Shown in pieces: positions 18,070-22,085 of a stretch of DNA of 22,085 bases. The translations under genes were made by a program, and so were the position numbers. Each line of letters opens with the position of its first letter. The first letter of the stretch is position 1. The notes below the pieces were generated by a model. That model had not been told where the DNA came from. It made no database searches and saw nothing but the letters and a program-made list of their open reading frames with translations. Source of the DNA: Candidatus Nanohaloarchaea archaeon (GTDB lineage Archaea > Nanohalarchaeota > Nanosalinia > Nanosalinales > Nanosalinaceae); NCBI GenBank assembly GCA_046539225.1, contig JBKHHG010000010.1, positions 1 to 22,085 on the forward strand. The letters run 5' to 3'.

Positions 18070-19379
18070 AAACAGGCAAGATTTTAGACAGATTTAAAGC
18101 CTTTTTAGCCTCCAGGAAACTGTTTACAGCCTATTTCCTGGCTGTCACGTTTCTCATGGTTTTCCAGCACTCAACGGGATGGAGCTGGGACTTCAACGTC
18201 TACTCGCTGAACGCCCAGTACCTTTTCCACAACGGCGTCTACATGGAATGGCTGAGGCCTCCACTTGTACCGGTAATACTCGGATTTCTCCAGTACGTTT
18301 TCCCGGTCAAGGCCTCGGAGTACGTCTTCATCGTATTAAGCTCGATTCTGTTTGCGTACAGCGTCGAAAAGCTTTCCCGGACATACGGTTTAAAGCAGGA
18401 GGCTTTCTACATTCTCGCGTTTTCTCCTTTCGTGATTTTCTACGCCAATTTCAACGGTACAGAGCTTCTATACCTCGGGTTTCTGACACTTTTCCTCACC
18501 GACTTTAAATCGCCGCGTTCAGGCCTCTGGATGGGTTTAGCGTTTCTTACCCGGTACACTGCATTCATACTGATACCTTTATCCCTGTTGCAGAGAGATA
18601 TCAGGAAAACCTTCAAAACGCTTTTAACCGCGTTTTTAACGGTTCTACCATGGTTTATTTACAACCACATCGCGCTCGGCCATCCCTTCGCATCACTTTC
18701 CAGCAACTACGCGTTGAACGCCGCGGAGAGAGGCCTCGCAACCGCTTTTGATCCTCTCCACATTTTTCTGATAACAGCGTTCTCTATACCTCTCGCACTC
18801 CTCTACGTAAAGGATCTGAAGCTTGAATCAGAGGATTACCTGATGTTTGCGGTTTCAGCCTTGATCATTTTCAGGCAGTTCGCCACACAGGTGAAAGAAC
18901 TGCGTTATGTCATCGATCTCGCGGTTCCTGCTGCGTTTCTCGGCGCTAAAGGCCTTGAAAAACTGGAGATAGATCAAAGGAAAATATTACTTGTTTTAAC
19001 CGGTGTTTACCTGATAGGATTCGGTGTTCTAATGGTAAATTATCCGCTGGAAGATCCAGGAATATACATGGAGGCATCTAATGAAGTCGGCGACTGTCAG
19101 GCAGTATCGGACGAATGGGTTCATCTCTCCTATGCCGGGACACCTTCAGGTCCTCTAAGGTTTCAAAGTGCGGAAGAGTTCAAGGATGAAGGCTACAAGG
19201 TTGTAAACTTTTCCCAGGGCTCCTATACCGTTGAGGGTTCAGAGTGTATAGAAAGGCCTTACAACACCAGCTACGTCGAAAGCATTGGACAGCTCTACGG
19301 AAGAGAGATCCGTTACTGCGAGTACCTCCCTGTTGAAACCTGTGAAGTTGAAGAAATGTTCGGGAGGCCTTTCAGATGA
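18066..19379 (+). CDS. Polytopic GT-C-fold glycosyltransferase (ArnT/PMT-like)
   Basis: WD in the first loop, RPPL, TE, GLAFLTRY and KELRY motifs; many TM helices; lies between GT2 and GtrA. Confidence 0.75.
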   Translation: MKTGKILDRFKAFLASRKLFTAYFLAVTFLMVFQHSTGWSWDFNVYSLNAQYLFHNGVYMEWLRPPLVPVILGFLQYVFPVKASEYVFIVLSSILFAYSVEKLSRTYGLKQEAFYILAFSPFVIFYANFNGTELLYLGFLTLFLTDFKSPRSGLWMGLAFLTRYTAFILIPLSLLQRDIRKTFKTLLTAFLTVLPWFIYNHIALGHPFASLSSNYALNAAERGLATAFDPLHIFLITAFSIPLALLYVKDLKLESEDYLMFAVSALIIFRQFATQVKELRYVIDLAVPAAFLGAKGLEKLEIDQRKILLVLTGVYLIGFGVLMVNYPLEDPGIYMEASNEVGDCQAVSDEWVHLSYAGTPSGPLRFQSAEEFKDEGYKVVNFSQGSYTVEGSECIERPYNTSYVESIGQLYGREIRYCEYLPVETCEVEEMFGRPFR

Positions 19380-19768
19380 ACCTGGATGTGTTCAAAGATT
19401 ACAGGAAGATAATAATGTTTGGACTGGTTGGAGGCCTTGGGCTGTTTATCGATAACGCGGTGCTCTTCCTGCTTGTCGACATCTTGAATATAAACCTGTA
19501 TATTTCCAAGGCTTTAAGCGCCGAGGCCTCGATAGCCGTTATGTTCATTCTGAACAATTCTGTAACGTTCAGAGAGTTTGAGGCACAGGCCTACGCGTTC
19601 ATACGTTCAAATATTGTCAGGATAGGCGGGGTAATAATTGCTTTCATCGCGATAGCTTTCGGAGAACTCATAGGAGTGAATTACTTGGTCTCCAACACCG
19701 CTGGAATCGCGGCGGGATTTGTTTTCAACTACTACTTTGAGAGAGTTCTAACCTGGAACAGTACTTAA
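19376..19768 (+). CDS. GtrA-family putative flippase
   Basis: MFGLVGGLG...D, FILNNSVTF, VFNY...TW; four TM helices. Confidence 0.88.
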   Translation: MNLDVFKDYRKIIMFGLVGGLGLFIDNAVLFLLVDILNINLYISKALSAEASIAVMFILNNSVTFREFEAQAYAFIRSNIVRIGGVIIAFIAIAFGELIGVNYLVSNTAGIAAGFVFNYYFERVLTWNST

Positions 19769-19793
19769 AAATTGGATGTTTGTACTGGTTTAA

Positions 19794-19939
19794 GGGCCTG
19801 TAGCTCAGCTGGACAGAGCGCAAGGTTCCTAATACCTCTTACTCGAGTTCTACGAGAGTTTAGAGGTTAGAGAAGCGAACAACTGTGAGCTTCGAACGGG
19901 AATACCTTGAAGTCGTGAGTTCGAATCTCACCAGGTCCG
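19794..19939 (+). tRNA. tRNA-Arg(CCT) with 72-nt intron (19832-19903)
   Basis: Acceptor GGGCCTG/CAGGTCC, stem CAAGG/CCTTG, CCT at 19828-19830, central helix TTCC/GGGA with 3' bulge ATA. Confidence 0.92.
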
Positions 19940-19940
19940 A

Positions 19941-21521
19941 TCACCTGTAGGCCTTTGTCATGTACTCCTTCAGCATTCTCTCCGTGTTGAAGTAGGCCGC
20001 GTTCAAGGCGATACAGTTCTTCATCACGTCCAGCCACTGCTGCCTATCATTCTGGTACATTGAAAGAATGTGATCCAGCTTCCTGTAGATCGATTTCGAG
20101 TCGACTTTGTCCTCGTCCTCTCCCTCAACATAGTCCTCTCCGATACTCCACCCGGTAACATCTTCTATATGGCCTTCAAGCCACCAACCATCCAGAACAG
20201 AGAGCTGCGGAGTAGCGTTCAACGCTGCCTTCATTCCGGACGTTCCGGAGGCCTCCTGACCTCTTACAGGATTGTTAAGCCAGAGATCGCATCCAGAAAC
20301 CATTTTACAGGCTTCTTCTATGCTGTAATCTTCTATAAAGTAGACGTTCACGTTTTCAAGCATATCTGCATAGTTAACAATCTGCTGGATCAGTTCCTTG
20401 CCGTTAGTATCGTCGGGATGGGCTTTCCCTCCAAAAACAACGTTGAAACCGCCGTACTTTTCCCCAAGTTTTTTCAGAGAATCTATATCCTTGAATAAAA
20501 GCGTAGGCCTCTTGTAGGCGGTTGATCTTCGGGCGAAGCCGATAGTAAAGTTTTCATCCATGGTTTCGCCGGTTTTAGATTCTACAAGTTTTCTCAAATC
20601 TTCCCTGCTTCCCTGTTTTGCCTCCCAGACCTTGCTATCCTCTATCTTCAAGGCCTGGAAAAGCCTGTCTGAGTCTTCGCGCCAAAGCGGCAGCTCTTCA
20701 TCGTAAAGAGAGCTGAAATGCTCTGAGGCCCAGGTATTGCAGTGTATCCCGTTTGTAACGGCTTCAAAGCTGTAATCCTCGAACATTTTCTCCGAGACCT
20801 TTCTATGCTTCTCCGAGACAGCGTTGCAGAACCCCGAGTTCTTCAGTGCAAGCTCGGTCATATTCAGATCTCCGTCAAGCTCAAGCTGTTTCGCCCGGTC
20901 GCCAAGAACTTTTTCAACCAGTTCAGGCCTGAAACTGTCATGCCCCGCCGCTACAGGCGTATGAGTTGTAAAGACACAGTTATCAGCTTCAAGTGTTAAA
21001 AGCGCAGAATGCCCCTCGTTCATGTGGAAATAGTCAGGCCTGAAACCTGTTTCTTCTACAGCTTTCACACCTCCTATACCCAGTACTACTTCCTGGCAGA
21101 GCCTCATCTCATCGCCGCCACCGTAAAGCTGAGACGTGTACCCCCGGGCCTCTTCGGAGTTGGAGTCAAGGCCTGAATCAAGGAACAGTATATCGACGTC
21201 GCCTCTCTCACCTTCCACAGTATACTTCCAGATCTTCAGATCCACAGACTCTCCTTTAACCTCTACCTCCACGGTTTTACCCGTATCCGTCAAGACTTCT
21301 TCAAAACCCCAGTCCTGATCCTCTTCATGTTGAAAACCGTCTTCAAGCACCTGCCTGAAGTAGCCGTTCCGGTAAAGCAATGTCACACCCAGAAAATCAA
21401 GACCTAAATCCGCGGCAGACTTCAAAGTATCGCCCGCCAAGACTCCAAGGCCTCCACTGTACGTCTTGATTTCAGGATTCACTCCTACCTCCATCGAAAA
21501 ATAGGCCACTGAACGCGCCAT
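19941..21521 (-). CDS. glgP: Alpha-glucan (glycogen/maltodextrin) phosphorylase, compact 526-aa form
   Basis: AYFSME, YSGGLGVLAGD, HMNEGH, FTTHTP, GKAHP and the PLP-Lys motif EASGTSGMK. Start set at MARSVAY (21521) because the longer ORF overlaps tRNA-Ala. Confidence 0.93.
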   Translation of the reverse strand: MARSVAYFSMEVGVNPEIKTYSGGLGVLAGDTLKSAADLGLDFLGVTLLYRNGYFRQVLEDGFQHEEDQDWGFEEVLTDTGKTVEVEVKGESVDLKIWKYTVEGERGDVDILFLDSGLDSNSEEARGYTSQLYGGGDEMRLCQEVVLGIGGVKAVEETGFRPDYFHMNEGHSALLTLEADNCVFTTHTPVAAGHDSFRPELVEKVLGDRAKQLELDGDLNMTELALKNSGFCNAVSEKHRKVSEKMFEDYSFEAVTNGIHCNTWASEHFSSLYDEELPLWREDSDRLFQALKIEDSKVWEAKQGSREDLRKLVESKTGETMDENFTIGFARRSTAYKRPTLLFKDIDSLKKLGEKYGGFNVVFGGKAHPDDTNGKELIQQIVNYADMLENVNVYFIEDYSIEEACKMVSGCDLWLNNPVRGQEASGTSGMKAALNATPQLSVLDGWWLEGHIEDVTGWSIGEDYVEGEDEDKVDSKSIYRKLDHILSMYQNDRQQWLDVMKNCIALNAAYFNTERMLKEYMTKAYR

Positions 21522-21601
21522 ACACACAGATACGGTACAATCAAATAAATAATCCGTCCCGGAACACAATAAAAAACTCAGGCCTCCAAACCAGTTTACA
21601 C

Positions 21602-21738
21602 GGGCTCGTAGTTCAGTCCGGCAGAACGCCACCTTCGCAACACTTGGTTTTGCCTCTGCAAAAGTAAGTTCGAGAAAATCTCTTGGATTTTCGACGCGGA
21701 ACAGGTGGAGGCCTCGGGTTCAAATCCCGACGAGTCCA
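21602..21738 (+). tRNA. tRNA-Ala(CGC) with 63-nt intron (21640-21702)
   Basis: Acceptor GGGCTCG/CGAGTCC with G3:U70, discriminator A, stem CCACC/GGTGG, central helix TTCG/CGGA, 3' bulge ACA. Confidence 0.93.
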
Positions 21739-21853
21739 AACTCATATAGAGAGTTTAATCATCTTGAGCCATTTTGTTAATGGCGCTGACAGATGCGTTG
21801 GCTCGAGGCCTTTCTTCCAGCTATAAAAAGTTTCCAATCTTTATACTCGGCAA

Positions 21854-22084
21854 GGGCCCGTAGCTCAGCACGGACAGAGCGAGCGGCTTCGGCCGACTGG
21901 TTACCGCATCTTTCCTTTGGGGAAAGCATGCTTAGAGCAGCTCTTCCTTGCGGAAGACTGCGACACTCGATCGATACGCAATGACCAGCTCCGCTGGTCG
22001 ACGGCCATAGGCCGTCATGTTGATCGAACTGACTGCAGTTTGGAAGATACCGCTAGGTCCAGGGTTCAAATCCCTGCGGGCTCG
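21854..22084 (+). tRNA. tRNA-Arg(TCG) with 156-nt intron (21893-22048)
   Basis: Acceptor GGGCCCG/CGGGCTC, stem AGCGG/CCGCT, TCG at 21889-21891, canonical BHB (CTTC/GAAG with bulges GGC and ATA). Confidence 0.9.
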
Positions 22085-22085
22085 T

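Larger units (their letters stand above)
207..21811. repeat. Highly iterated dispersed palindrome AGGCCT
   Basis: About 100 copies by hand count, in coding and intergenic DNA. About 5 are expected for a random hexamer in 22 kb. Confidence 0.9.

Noticed and set aside
16950..19939. Integrated element between tRNA-Gly and tRNA-Arg
   Set aside because: No integrase or duplicated tRNA end (att site) was seen, and AGGCCT density is normal for the host.
437..21318. Many antisense or alternative-frame ORFs (e.g. 477-797, 7921-8409, 14144-14821, 15827-16342)
   Set aside because: Shadows of real genes, with the Ser/Phe-rich composition typical of the antisense of Glu/Lys-rich coding DNA.
21894..21982. 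GGUUACCG and ACGCAA resemble pieces of the c-di-GMP-I riboswitch
   Set aside because: The order is reversed, and the GGCAAA, GNRA tetraloop and receptor elements are missing. The matches are too short to support a call.
21522..21984. N-terminal extension of the phosphorylase and ORF 21793-21984
   Set aside because: Both overlap tRNA genes and are artefacts of longest-ORF calling. The same applies to ORF 7417-7659.
1..22085. CRISPR array, rRNA, IS element
   Set aside because: No regularly spaced direct repeats, rRNA signatures, transposase or terminal inverted repeats were seen.

Overview
Gene-dense archaeal chromosome segment with an acidic, halophile-like proteome, short TATA-type promoters and abutting or overlapping genes. 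It most resembles a nanohaloarchaeon (DPANN); this assignment is inferred, not proven. Housekeeping genes are ychF (partial), hisS (one in-frame TAA), rpl40e and icd. Also present are an AbrB regulator, a PAP2 phosphatase, an aldo/keto reductase, DsbB/BdbC, a NEW3-domain/ABC transporter trio, a P-type ATPase, an amphi-Trp protein, a Zn-finger + GT2 + GT-C + GtrA glycosylation operon and a compact alpha-glucan phosphorylase. There are five tRNA genes, four with long (63-156 nt) structured introns at 37/38. Main signals: (1) introns in different tRNA isotypes are built from shared sequence and structure modules; (2) the palindrome AGGCCT occurs about 100 times by hand count versus about 5 expected, with promoter-proximal placement and gene-sized deserts; (3) a divergent HisG-like gene is coupled to a stop-interrupted hisS; (4) a hairpin-packed region lies upstream of abrB. 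No CRISPR array, rRNA or mobile element was seen.
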